DNA of 64,000 nt from Phallusia mammillata. Taxonomy: Eukaryota. The notes below the pieces were generated by a model that was given only the letters and a program-made list of their open reading frames with translations, searched no databases and was not told where the DNA came from. Below are positions 46,301 to 59,652 of the stretch, one piece after another. The stretch is from positions 22,940,001-23,004,000 of the forward strand of contig OZ281495.1 in assembly GCA_965637545.1 (NCBI GenBank), read 5' to 3'. Position 1 is the stretch's first letter; each line of letters begins with the position of its first letter. Both the position numbers and the translations under genes were made by a program.

Positions 46301-47262
46301 TGCAATCACAGCCAACACTTCAACTAAGCTTTAGGTTAAGCTGCTCTTGTGCACCGACAAAGCGAGACGATCTAAAGCAGAAAGCACAAGACCACACGTA
46401 CAAGTTTGTCATATATTTCATCTTTCGATTTAGGCACATTACGACCAACGACAGCACATGATACAAACGTTTTTCTACCCACCAGATCTGATGATTATGA
46501 AAGCATAGAATTCATTTGAAGTTTGGTTTCACATTTGCAATTCATTAATATTTTGCACAACAAACTTGCCTGACCCGTATTAAATTGAGGGCAGGCAAGA
46601 CAATACAGAATTCATTTTACGAAGAATTCTAACGCAGTTCCTGAGTAAAACAGTAGTGCTGGTGATTGCAGCTCTTTACAGCCTGCGCTGCATTGGTTTA
46701 GGGGTGCATTTAAATGCAAGGTCGCATTTGCGCTAACAGAGTAAAACGTCAAAGCTTTATGACATAGTAAGAGTGGTAAAAAAATAATTCGCTTTCGTAG
46801 CTCGTAGCTGCCGATAAAAAATATCGTGGCATAAAACGTAAAACCGGTGAAACTTACAATGAAGAACGGTTGTTGTTTTGCGACATTGGTATTTATGTAC
46901 ACTATTGTTGTAGTTAGCCACCTACCTAACTCACAGATATGTTAGTCTTCATTACCCAAACCAATGTACAGAACAATAGGACAAAAATATAAAATTGGCC
47001 ACCGTTCAAGACAGAAAAAAAGCCGTTTTAGACAAATTCTTGAAACATACCCTATCAAAAACTTTTAATAAAAGTGAGTAACGCACCCAAAGGGCGTAGT
47101 TGTTAAGGCATCCCGGTGACTTATGTACATAACGCTCAATAAAACAACTAATAATCAAAAAACGCAATTAAAAGTTCACGTGGTATATGACGTGTTATCA
47201 CAATAAGCCTGTTCGTGTATTAATCATAACGTTTGTATGTTAAATCAAAACTTTGTTGAAGT

Positions 47263-50013
47263 TCAATTACCTTGGGATTGTACAAACAAATCCCATATCA
47301 GTTTTCCGACAAAATCCAAATCAATCTTATACTTTTCCTGCAACTCCTGCAGTTGCGCAAGCGAAAATTTACTCAACTCTTCTCGGCCGTACGTCTGATG
47401 CAATAATGGACAAACTTGTGGTCCGCCCTCCTTGCGCTCCATCACCGTATTCAGTTGCTGTTCTAGGAACCTACACCTTTCCATAGCCATATTTCTGCGG
47501 TCCTCTGACAATCGTGCCCGCTCATTAGCCTCGGTAGCTTCCCTTTTCCAAGCGTCGCAAGCTATTTTCGCCTGATTCCACGAGTCTTCCCACTGTTTGC
47601 ACTTCTGCTGCATGCGCTCAAAGTCGCCCCCTCCAGTCATCATGTTTCCCAAGGAGGTGCTCATAATAGAACCTGGTAAACTGCCAGGAGTTCCAACGCT
47701 GATTGGAAACTGCCCCACCGGAAATGGAACGGACGATGCCAAGCTAGGATGCGGCGCCTCGGCTCCAAGCGCATTAGATAGTGAAGTTGGCGAAATGGAG
47801 GACATCGGGTTACGTTGCATATTAGCTCGCAAAGCATCCTGTGGAATACTAACTGGATCCGACATAGGAAACTGCTGCTGTGCCCAAATACCCTCTGTAT
47901 TCATTTTCGGCTCAGTTTTCCCGTTCTTATCGCGCTTGTTGTCATCTAGATCTAGATCATCCAATGCGTTGCCCACAACCGAGTCCACGGTCTCATCAGG
48001 CGGATAAAACGGGACTGCATCGCTGTTAAGTGAGTTGCGTTTTCTGGACAGAACCCCTTGAGATTGTCCATCTGAAGGTATGGGCCAAGCCGAAGTGGTG
48101 CTGTAGCTGTTCAGAAACGGACTCTCACCACTAATACGTTCTGATCCCGGTGCCTTCGAGTAGTTGTCGCCTTTACCGTTGCTGAGAGAAGTGGTGCGCT
48201 GTTTTGAGATGGGAGACGGACACTTAGGAAAGCTGCGACTCATATTGTACTCGGTTAACATGGACTGATTTGGCATGCTCCTACTATACTCGCTGTTATC
48301 TCCGCCAAAATTACGTGCAAATTCGCTCCACATATGATTTCCAGATGGGGTATCATGCATTGACACCGATTCGTAGGCACCCATTAATGAACTGTATGCA
48401 CTTCTCTGTTCACGAGGATCCGTCAAACTGCCAACACTACTTTCCATTGTAATTTGATTAGGTATAGGGCCACTTGGGTCCTCAATGATCCGAATTTCCT
48501 GTTCTACATGGGCAAATGCACAGAATGGGCCACGAGGGCAGTAACCAGTCTGGGTCATATCATGGCATTTTGTGCTCTTGTATATCTCCGGGTGAAATTG
48601 CTGCTCAGTGCGTGTGTGGCAAAACTGGCAACTGTCACCCTTCTCACAACAGGATGGATCTTTCCAGTCATCACCTTGTTTCACAATCGGACAGGGGCTG
48701 GATCTAAAACAATATTATAACCATAAAATTTTTGACAAAACCAGAGTTGGAACCCATAACACTGGGAGGGCAAAGCCATTTCAGTAACCACTATGCCAGT
48801 TTGGAAAAAGAATATAACATTTTGATGGAATCATTCATACTTGTACCTGTATTTGTACTTTTTTGGATTCCGACGTCTATCTTTAGCATTGTGATATTGA
48901 GGACATGCATAACCTTGCCGGCACAAGCGAGGTGGCCTCTTGCACAGCTCTGTTTTATAGTTGGCTAGAACATAATTCGCATCTTGCCACTTTGGATCAT
49001 CATTAACAATTTTCTCTGACAGATTTATGCTTTCCTGCATGGTGGGCAGCTCAGCCACAGGACTTGATTGATTTTGTTGCACTTGGTCATTGCACTGTTG
49101 TTCTCTTATGTCATACACAGGGGGGCGCAAATCATTAGCACCATGTGCAAAAGCACAGTGAGGCCCATTTTTCACACAATTTCCTCTGGAATCTGTTTCA
49201 TGGATACAAGTTCCAGTTTTATAATAACGCAAATGATATCTTCTTTCTGTGTCACCAGTGTTTCTAAAAAAGTCGTATGTTGAAAAAGTTGTTTGGGTAC
49301 AACAGTCTTGAAACAACTACTCACATCTGACAAAATAGCGACATCAATTAAATAAATAAGTTTCTTTTTAATGCAAAACAGTTTACTTTATGTCAAAAAC
49401 CCATAACAGCAAAAGTTGCCTATTAAGTTGACCCCTTATTGATTTTGGCTCTTTCTCCTATGTTAACTTATTATTAAATTTGACTCTTTTCATAAGCAAG
49501 CAAATAACGTTTTTTTAAATTTTAGGTTATTTAACAAAAACTCACTCATTTATCGATTGCTTTTGGTGTGTACAACACACTAAATAGACTGTTAATTGAT
49601 TGGGTATTTTTTTAACTGATGATTGTAACCGAGCTTTAGTCAAATCCTAAAGGTTTGAATGAGCAACCTCTACAGTTCGGATAAGAATATAGACCTGCCA
49701 GATGGTTTATTTGCTATGCAACAGTAATGTTTATGGCAAACCTGTGAATATATGTGCAATCATCTCCATCTGGACATATACCAGTGGTTTCATCATATTT
49801 ACTGCAATAAACATCTGCACTGTAGTTAAAAGTTCCATCTCGCCTTCGAACTGGCCGCCTTCTGCGCTGATTTGAAAAGTGCCAATGAAAACAGGTAAAG
49901 GGACGATGCTGAGTGCATTTGTGTTGCAAAAATAAAGGACATTGATTAACTCTGAACTCCTTCAGATATGTGTAATGGAATGGCTTTTCAGTTTGAGGCG
50001 GTGTGGAAGCCAT
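47263..50013 (-). CDS. UNK: Unkempt CCCH zinc-finger RNA-binding protein (UNK/UNKL); no RING found
   Basis: complement(join(49742..50013,48847..49263,47263..48703)). EKPFHYTYLKEFRVNQCPLFLQHKCTQHRPFTCFHWHF, YYKTGTCIHETDSRGNCVKNGPHCAFAHG, YKTELCKRPPRLCRQGYACPQYHN, HPEIYKSTKC, C-terminal coiled coil. A possible 62-nt intron (47270-47209) would give the ending ...QSQGLL* at 47198. Confidence 0.95.
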
Positions 50014-50899
50014 GGTCTAACTATGATACAGATCACAAGTCAAAAAGTTGTTTTAACATTAGAGCTACATCTAAAAATAAAGGCTGTTTTGATAAATTTC
50101 ATCACAGGCTGTTTTCAGTATACTTCATTGCATTTAGAAGCAGGACCTTTCTATCATAGGCTGTTTCCATCTAATACATACAGATAATACCTCCTAATGA
50201 CCTGGCAGGTATACTGTAATTGTTGAACAGGTTATGCTTTACAAGTCATCATAGATTTTGGCTATTAAAAAGGTCTGGCTATATAGAACCAACCATATGC
50301 AAAATTGAAACTTATGTATCAACACAATAATAATTTATATGTGTCATAGCAAGGTGTTAGGACTGTTAGCTAACTTCAAAAAAATGTTTTGCACAACATG
50401 ATGAAAGTGGCATAGGCAACAATCCAATATTCGGCAACATCAGTATAAAGACAACATAACCAGTAACCTCTTAAGCACACTTTCTATGGTTCATATATGA
50501 ACCAATAGCAATGTAAAAGTTTTGCATAAAACTTTATGTTACATCATCAAAGCTCGAAGGCAACAAAAACAATTTTATGTTCTCAAATTCTAATGTCAGA
50601 CTCATGTTGTTAACTTCAGTTCCAACTATGTGTTAAATGTCTTTCAAAAGGTATGTTGTATCGTATACGAAAAATAGGTTTAATTTGTGGTCAAAATCAA
50701 AACTCAATGGCGACAAATTAAGTCAAATTGTTTCACCAAAGCATACAGTTCAGTTTCAACAAAATCTAAAATACCGTATACATGTATATAAATAACCGTA
50801 ACAACAAAACCATGTCTCGCAATTCACGTCATTTAGAACATTTTCAACTTTGCATTTCTACTTTTTTAAGTTGCAATCCGCGCAGTCAACTTTGCTAAT

Positions 50900-51430
50900 C
50901 ATACGGTTGACCTGTTTCCCCTGCTGTGCTTGCGACGTCACAAAAACAAATATTTTTTGAAAGTTTTGTTGTGCAAAATAGTCTGAACGCAACGTTAGAA
51001 TTCTGTTCAAAACCCAAAACGGAAGTTTTTTTGCAATTATTGATAAATGTTGTGGCCCTAACGTCGTAAAAATTAGTATGCTACGTTTTTTTGTCAAACT
51101 GTAAACAGTTGTAGACATCACGTTTCAAAGTCTGATTGATTCTAACAATTCACATTTTCATTTACAATAAACTTTAACATTTAACGTTTGGTATTAAAAT
51201 ATTAAATTTTAAAAAATAAAGCGTTCAAGCGCATCTGCAAAAATGTAAACAACATGGTCACGTGAAAAACGTTAAAAAGCAACGTGTTGTGGAAAAAACG
51301 AACGTCAGGTCGGTCCACGAGTCCTGGTTCGGAAGCGTTGGCGCAGTGTTGTTTTTTCAGGAGCGAGTGCATTTGGGTTGGAAAGTTTATTCGTTATAAC
51401 AACCCTTGTCGTTGTACACGTAGGTCGGAC
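50900..51430. promoter_or_regulatory. Probable bidirectional promoter of UNK and the copine gene
   Basis: CpG-rich segment between divergent CpG-poor genes; GTCACGTG E-box at 51257-51264; candidate 5' UTR splice donors on both strands. Confidence 0.4.
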
Positions 51431-51684
51431 ATATCGGAGGGCAGAACGGAATTATGAACATAAATGCCAATTGCCAATCATTGTTTTGTATGATGACCTA
51501 ATTACCTTTAAATTACATGCGGTTTCACGTGTGATTGGGAAGATTTTTGTTTAGGTCTGTCATAAATGTTTTGTAACAGCGCAAGATGTAACGAGTAGCA
51601 TTTAACTGTGGTGTGGTGTAAGTTAGATAAATTATTTGTGTCTTGTAGGTCTATGTTAGGGAATGTGAGAATAATTTGTTTGGC

Positions 51685-52761
51685 ATGTCCTTGCTCCTGT
51701 TTTTATTTGGTTCAGCCTGTCTTTTCTATCTCTATGTGACCTATAATTCCAAGGGAAACAAGGATGAATTAAAGGAGGCAAGTGATAACCATCAATCTTC
51801 AATACGGAATAAAAGACCTCAGTTGAGTTCAATCTTCAAAGCATTTATTAAAACCCTAATAGACCCTGCTAACAACAATTATCTTGAATGGGGAAATGGA
51901 AACCCAGATCCATTTGTTTTTCGTGCATTCGTTGATAGATTTCAGTCTTTTGATGACATCACTAATGCAATGAGAGAAGCAGGGCTAGAAAAGTGCCAAC
52001 TTATTTTGGGCATTGATTTTACAGCAAGCAACGAATGGCAGGGTAGAACATCAAATCGGGGATTTTCCTTGCATAATGTAACTTCCAAAGTGTTGCATAA
52101 CCCTTACCAACATATCATCACAGTTTTAGGACACACCTTGAAAGACTTTGTTACCATAAGTCAATTTCACTACAATGGAAATGAACAGAAAAAGACCATG
52201 GGAATACATGCATATGGATTTGGTGATTCAATTACAAAGGACCAATCAACATTTCCACTTCAGAAAAACCATGAACCTTGTGTTGATTTTCACGAAGTGT
52301 TAACATCATACCGGGAATGTGCATCCCGGGTGGTGTTAGGAGGTCCGACCAGCTATGCACCTGTGATCTACAAAGCAATAGACATTGTAGAAAAGACAAA
52401 ACAGTTTCATTTATTGGTGATAATAGCAGATGGCCAGTTTGTAAATGAAGAACCCACAGCAAAAGCCATTGTGGCTGCATCATTTTATCCTCTTAGTATT
52501 GTTGTGGTTGGTGTTGGTGATGGACCTTGGTCAATTTTGCACCAATTTGATGACTGGCTTCCACAACGACACTTTGACAATTTTCAGTTTGTGGAATATG
52601 CAGACATTGTAAAAGAGAGCCATGGAAAGAATGCGGAAGCTGCTCTGGCTCTGCAGATTCTAATGGAAGTACCTGACCAGTACAAAATGGTACAAAAACT
52701 TGGCTTCATTTCACAGAAGCTAAATGGTGGCAAAACTTTGAGTAATACAACAGAACTGTGA
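51685..52761 (+). CDS. Atypical copine: N-terminal hydrophobic anchor plus copine-type vWA domain (RGLG/CPNA-like), no C2 domains, intronless
   Basis: First ATG at 51685: MSLLLFLFGSACLFYLYVTY; LGIDFTASNEWQG, LGGPTSYAPVIYKAI, LLVIIADGQ, YPLSIVVVGVGDGPW, FDDWLPQRHFDNFQFV are copine/RGLG vWA motifs. Confidence 0.88.
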   Translation: MSLLLFLFGSACLFYLYVTYNSKGNKDELKEASDNHQSSIRNKRPQLSSIFKAFIKTLIDPANNNYLEWGNGNPDPFVFRAFVDRFQSFDDITNAMREAGLEKCQLILGIDFTASNEWQGRTSNRGFSLHNVTSKVLHNPYQHIITVLGHTLKDFVTISQFHYNGNEQKKTMGIHAYGFGDSITKDQSTFPLQKNHEPCVDFHEVLTSYRECASRVVLGGPTSYAPVIYKAIDIVEKTKQFHLLVIIADGQFVNEEPTAKAIVAASFYPLSIVVVGVGDGPWSILHQFDDWLPQRHFDNFQFVEYADIVKESHGKNAEAALALQILMEVPDQYKMVQKLGFISQKLNGGKTLSNTTEL

Positions 52762-53696
52762 GCAATAGACGGGTTTGTAACCTTCCTGGTGCTTAAAGTA
52801 CTGTGTGACATATTCCATTGTGCCCTTTTTGGATCTTTTTGTATTTTTGGGCATTTAGCCTGTTGGGTAACAAAATGCATGTACAGTGTGCAGGCTTTAT
52901 TTATAAGAAGCATGTATAGTATTAGCATGTATATATTCAGGAAATTGTCAGCAGTGTATGAATCTTGTTTGTTATTCATTCAGGCAAGTCATCCCATGTT
53001 CATCCTCTTTGTTATCATTAGCTTAAACAATGTTTGTCTGTGGGTACCCAGCTTTGGTACATAACTCACTGTAATTCCAGTGATAACCTTGTTTCATAGT
53101 TTGTATTGTAGTTCACCTTTTGATATGTGTAGTGTGTTTGCACTTGATTTCCATTGTGATTTAACATTATCATATGTATGTTCGAAATTTGTACAGTAAT
53201 GCTTTTGCCTCATATGCATATGTACTCTATTACCATTTATTTTATTTTATGCACATGTTAGTGGCAATTATGTGGTATAGATTAACAGACCTATAGCTAT
53301 TGGCCTGGTGTACTTCTGAACACCTTTGTATCAAAATATTGAATCATTATTTTTTTGACCAAAGTCTGCACATTCAATTTAATAATTTTATTATTTTTTG
53401 GATTCCTATTTAAATAATATAAAAAGCTTATTTTTTCATTGGTCCACATTGCCTTTGTGACTGGTGCAGCACATGCACATTTAATTTATGTCAGAGATGT
53501 TCCAATGCATATTTTTGAACTTTTTAAGGAATGTAGGAAATGCGAACAATAGGCTGAAACAGCCTGCAGCTGTTGCCAAGCAATCAGAACGAAAAGATTA
53601 AGTCGGTGGGATTTTGGGAGCCTTAATGGTGAGTTGGTGTTATTTTTAAATGAATTATGCATCTGCCAATTTGTAACCCTAGTCTTGTATTTGCAG

Positions 53697-56600
53697 ATGG
53701 TGCACTGGTGGAAACCTCTCGCACTTTCAGCAATTCGTGGAGTTTGCTACGGCACTGTCATTTTCACAGTCATGGACAGTGTTGGCGGCTTGTTATACTT
53801 TATTGGGCCTTCTATGGAACCGACGGTGCACGAGAACGAAATAGGGTTGTGCGAAAAAGTGACTTCCTACCAGAACTTTCAACGGTAAAATTTCCCCCTG
53901 GCAATTTCAATCTTTAGATGAGACAATCGCCTGTGGACATTGTAATTTATTTACCGGTTTGGCGTTGTATAACTTCAAACCGGTTAGGTAGATGTTGCAA
54001 CGAATGCTAACATATACTTGATTGTACTTTCGATACAGAATAAGTTTCCCCAAAGACGCATTTCCAACACACACGTCTAAACAAACCGTGACCCTTTTCG
54101 TCGCATGATCGTGTGAATTTAACATATTTATGTTAATTGCTCAGCAAACTTGCGCAAAATTTCCGGAAACGCTGACGCTGGGGGCGCGACGTCAGCACAA
54201 CAAAGCGCAAAGTCTTGATTGCGGCGTATCTTTAAATACGTGCAATGATGGCTTAAGCTGTCAGAACCAAATGAGAAGTATGAATAAAACATAAAAGGAA
54301 CTCAGTCCGGAAACGCATGGAAATAATTTTAAACCTTAAATGTGCTTTTCGGTACTTCGCTAAATGGAAAATATTTGCAGTCGCTTTTACCTTTTAACTG
54401 CTCATTAGGGCAGTCAACGATCGGGTCGATGGCAGACCTTTGTGTGAAGATGGTTTCTACTATTTTGTGGTCCCAAGAGGCTCTATGGGCCAGAGCGTTG
54501 ATCAGCACCCTCTCTTATTGATAATGGTTAATGTTTTATGACTTCTTCATATTTTAAGCTCATTGTCCAACATGAGTAGACCTGGTGAAGTTTGTCTGCA
54601 AACACGAGGCAAGATTTTTCAAATTTTATCGCTTATTGACTTGTGCGAATGAATTGATTGATAGGCCATGTAAACATGAATTAATAATTCAGGCAAGGCA
54701 GGTTATTTTTGACTAGTTGTGTCTGTCTTTGTATCCTGTGTTCGTGCTCGATACGGACATGACTGCTAAATATAAATCTTGCAAGGCTCGTGATTATTAT
54801 CCCCGCTCTACGTATGTATATACTTGGCCCAATTAAACAAGGCAGATCACCTAAAACGACTGTGTTGCTTTTTGTAGGGGAGACATAGTAATTGCGCTGC
54901 AACCAGATGAACCGACCACGCAAATTTGCAAACGAATTATGGGCCTTGAAGGAGAACAAATAAATAACAGCAAGAACCCGATTAACAATACCAGGTAAGT
55001 TGTTTCGCGAAAGTTACGACCCTAGTTATCGTACTGATTGATTTTATCGCCACTTGTGTACACAAAGTGATGAATTCCCAAACCGACCGACTGAAGAACT
55101 TCGTTTGAAAAGCATTGGGCGAGTAATGGACACAAAAGCCTGGTGTGAACAAAGTCGAGTGTAGCTGAAATTGTGCAGCCAGCTTACAGTTACACAATAC
55201 GATTTTGGGGGCTTTTGGGTGTAAACTTCTGGTTACTTGATCTGACCTTGCTGACCTCACTTGAAAACTTATAGCACACATATAAACCAAGCAAAATACA
55301 AGGTTCTTACTGGGTAAAATCACTCATCTCGTGCTGCAACTAAACAAACATCATGTTACCCAAACACCAACACCGGTATGTCATTACACTGTTATTTTTG
55401 CTACAACTTTTTTTCAGTATCTCGCATAGTCACAGGTCAAGACCAACAATATTTAAAACGGTCTATTCCAGTGATAATGTGGCATATGAATTGACAGTAG
55501 GTTTAGAAATTTTTTAGTGCTTTTTGGACGTGTTTTGAAGGTTTTGGATTTTTTTAATTCTTAGTCGGTAATAATAATATAAGAATAACATGTCACAATA
55601 ATAAAAGTTTTCTACTTTACTTACACTGGCGCAGAGTTGTATGCGGGCCCGAGAATGGAGCCTGTATTTAAAAGTAAAACCAGAAATCAGGCTTTCAAAA
55701 ATAAAGTAGGAATTGTGCCCTACAGTTACTTTTACAAAGTTAATATTACAAAACAAATGTGACCGAGTGAGAAGTCAGGCCCGTATCAAGCCTGTTTTTT
55801 GAAACTTAAGCCCGGGACCTGAAAGGCTGACCTGGCCTACAACTCTACAATGTTCTCGTCCGAAAAACGTTAGGTATACAAGCAAAAAGTCGAATTTCTA
55901 ATTGTCAATCAATAAAACTATATCTACATGTAATACACAAATATCTACATGTAAACTTTTCATACATAACTAGGCGCAAAAGCTTTACATTTTCTTTCAG
56001 TGGTGGAAAGTATTTCGGAGGTATTGTGCCACGTGGCCACGTCTGGTTGGAAGGAGACAACAAATCCTCCTCACGTGACTCGAGACACTTCGGACCTGTT
56101 CCTCTCGCGCTCGTCCACGGCAGAGTTTTTGCCAAGGTCCGTATTTGATTGGCATGTAGTTAACCTTTGGGTCATCGTGTTTAACTTTCGTGCCACTTTC
56201 GCTTGACACTTTCGGTAACAACCCGTTGTATTGACATCTTCCTGTCAGTTTATTGTCAAAGGTTTACGCTGTTGTGTGAAACGAAACAAGTAGGTAAACT
56301 GAAACGGTGATAATTTGAAACCACATGAGTCAAAAGGCTATAGCATTGTATTGCAGTTTCAGATGGCTTTCTTTGGCATGTGAAAACCTCTGCATCATTG
56401 TCACGAACACAGGGTCAAATCGTACGTGAACCGAAATCTTATGAGGGCACACTTGTCACATGAATGTGTTTAATAGTTCAGCTAACCACAATAATGTTTC
56501 AGACGACTTCCTTTGTATGTAGAAACACGGGTCACTTTAGTTTAGGCCCAATTAAAATACCACGACGCCGTCACGTCAAAACACTAAGGCGTTTTAGTTA

Positions 56601-58042
56601 CAAGGGTACAATACAGCATGTGTTGTGCTCTAATGCAACTGTGTTGTGGTTTTACTGTTAATCTAACGTGGGATATAAAGAATTATACCACACTTACCAA
56701 TATGCTTAGCTTTAATCTCATTACCAACTTTACTACCCATTGAAGTCAACCATAGCACTAAAACCACTCTACGATTTTGCCTCATGTACTTTAAAAGCTT
56801 GGTTGGATTTAACCTATTGTGAAGCATACTGGTCATCAGGTCACGTTTAGTCAAATGAACTGCTATCAATCAAGGCTGAAAACAATAAAACCGTACAGGG
56901 AAATCTTATGCACCCCATTCCGCTTAGCCTGATGCGTTGTTGCTCACATCATTAAGATTTGTAGGCTAATTTCTGCGTACGCAAATCGACTGATTGGTGT
57001 TATTCGCTAAGTTTGAATCGGAGGAAAAATCAATGGCTCTTATACGTAAACATTATCAACTGAAATGTATCTCTTCATAAAGTAGCAATAATAGTTTTGT
57101 TGCGAATGAACGAATACTCAGACCTATACCACTCATTTATTCATTATTGTGATTTGATACCTGTAAGTCCATCCTATCGGGACGCAATTACAACGGTAGC
57201 AGTAATTACGTTCGAGCGGTCTCATTACCGCAATTTCGAAAGCACCTGTAAGCAATTTCAAAAAACGCCTGCATGTTAGGTTTCATCAGTAAAAGTCGAT
57301 TGTAATCCCCTCGCCTAGTTTTTCAGAGCCTAAGTAGAGGTTTGTAAATTCTGTTGAATTTATCTTGTGGACATTTAGTATCACTCCAACCTTTCTATTT
57401 TTGTCGTTTATAAGTATCCAATGAGTAAAATTCTGTCTTTAACAAAAACACGATTTTTCATTAATTGCAAAAACATGGAGCAAACTTGGGCCAAGAATAA
57501 CATCATGTAGTCTTTACATTAAAGTTTCAAAGTATGCTCTGCTACATAGTGGAAAATTTATTGACCCGCACTTTCTAATAGTCGAACTGTAATCAGGCTT
57601 TGAATTATTAGGCGTGACGAATTATATCCACACTTACATGCTTGGCTTAATGCTCAATACCGCTATCCAGGCAAAGCAATAATTCCTCATACAATCCCCA
57701 AAATACGCATTGGTGCCAAACAGGAGGTAAATTGAATTCAATGACATTGCTGTCGACATGAAACAGTTGATACGTTATGCAATCTGTCGTATTTTGATTG
57801 TGCACTCGAGGTGCATGGGAATGAATAGCTGAATGACAAAAGAGCATCTATGCCACGATTAACCTTTGTGACACCTATTTCCGGATACTGCAATAATGGA
57901 TAGAAACGTTGTGTGACGTGTGACAGATAATTTTGTTTATACACTGGAGAATGGGTAGTTAACCTCCTTTTTCGATTTTTCTTAGATTTATCCCTTTCCG
58001 GAAATGACGTGGTTTCGGAGATCTCCAAAGCCAACCACGTGA
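53697..58042 (+). CDS. IMMP1L: Mitochondrial inner membrane protease subunit 1
   Basis: join(53697..53884,54878..54994,56001..56136,57986..58042): GPSMEPT (catalytic Ser), GDIVI...[10 protein letters not shown] (catalytic Lys), [12 protein letters not shown]...[13 protein letters not shown]. Confidence 0.92.
55632..55847. mobile_element. Small MITE-like element in IMMP1L intron 2
   Basis: Imperfect TIRs CAGAGTTGTATGCGGGCC / GGCCTACAACTCTA and internal ggcccg/aagcccg motifs; no clear TSD. Confidence 0.45.
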
Positions 58043-59652
58043 CATCCGATCAATTGTCACCGCAGGTTGTGTGACAATGATGACTGACGCCATATTTTGA
58101 CCATTGAATGGATTTTGAAACGTCGCTTTACTGTGGGGTTTCTGTGAAGCGACGAGAATAGATGCAACATATTTTTATTTTTTGTGCGAAAAAATTCTGA
58201 TGGCTTTTTGTTCTTTTATTTATTGGGAAAAACACACAATGTTTGATATTTTTGCAAGCTAAACTTTATAGCAGACCCACTACACCTCAACTGCTGCCAA
58301 GTGCATGACATAAGCCTATATTAGAGAATCTCAACCGAGGGTGAATTTGCCCCTTATCTACATTATATTTTTTTGCCCACCCCCCAAAAAACACTTGGAA
58401 TTTGCTGGATTTGTTTCTTTTCTTGGTCGTCGTAGTGGCACATTTTATCTTTAAAAATACCCAAGTGGTAAACGATACAATAAGGGCTGAGAACCTCTTC
58501 TCTGTGTGGTAAAACAACACGCAATGGTAAGATAAAGTGCTTAATAACAACGTTCAACTTTAGACCAATGTTTGTAATTCAGAACGATTTCTTTACGAAT
58601 CACACTTTTGGGCTTTTTTGCCTTCTCAAAGACCAAAAGTGTTTAAAACAACGTTGTATTAAAGAACTGTCTCTGACTCTCTGCAATTCAGAACGATTTC
58701 TGTACAAATTACACATATAAGCTCCTTTACTTTCTAAAAGAACAAATAGGGGCTCGCAGTAGAAATCTGACCTTGAACCTTAACTTAAAAATAGACCAGA
58801 ATAAGAGTGGTAAAAAATATATTAAAAAGTCGACGTGCGTCGCAGTACGAAACCAGAAAAAGAAAAAAACACAAGTCACGTGATGTAACACGGATGGGAA
58901 GGAAGTTCTTGTACAAATTCGCAAACGTGGGCGAACAGGAAGGCTGCGAAAACGTACAGCAATGTTGAAGTGATAAGCTGGTTGAAGAAAATATTACTTA
59001 GAGGTTACAGAGGGTCAAGTTGGAATGCGGAAAGACTGGAAACGTGGCTAATGGCAATTGGACGGTTAAGTGGACCTATAGGAATGTGCTGTTCTGGAGT
59101 TTTGCCAGATATTAATGTTTGAACACGTTAAGGTATCGGTGTATGCTGCTATGTGGCCCTTAAAACAGTGCCGAAAGGTGCCAAAAAACGGGTTACAGGG
59201 AACAAGGGGGCAAGTAGTCGTAAGGAAACTAAATCACAGTCGCGAGGAAGCCAATACACACACAAAGAGAAGCGAATGAAGAAGAAACCAAAAGAGAGAA
59301 AAAACACAAAAAGGAAAAAAACTGCAACGGAGTGGGGGCGCTAAAGGGCAGCGGATCGAATGATTGTGCTGGAAAATCTCTTTAAGTCAGTGAAGGCCAA
59401 TATGAGTGCGCGAAAAACTAGATTCTGCTCAGTGTCTAAAAACATAGGCTCAGCGCCAAAGCGCGGCGTCCAGTCGGCAAAGTAAAGGCTACGTATATAA
59501 GAAGAAGTCGGGTATGGCACATTGCGTACGGAAATAATACTCGGTGTAACAAACAGCCCTGACTGAAAGCGTGATTAATGGATACCCGTAAATGGTTTGA
59601 TCATAGCAGTAGCTGTTATGGCACAGTGAGGAAAATGGCACATATCGCCCGG

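Noticed and set aside
47597-48007. Antisense ORFs over UNK (and similar ones over USP48 and the PTP tail)
   Set aside because: Shadow frames of real coding sequence.
58575-58716. Two ~30-bp direct repeats (aattcagaacgatttct...) about 110 bp apart
   Set aside because: Simple local duplication with no further structure.
59153-59344. Lys/Arg-rich ORF resembling a protamine or histone tail
   Set aside because: Starts at GTG and is the antisense of the U-rich PTP 3' UTR; composition alone explains it.
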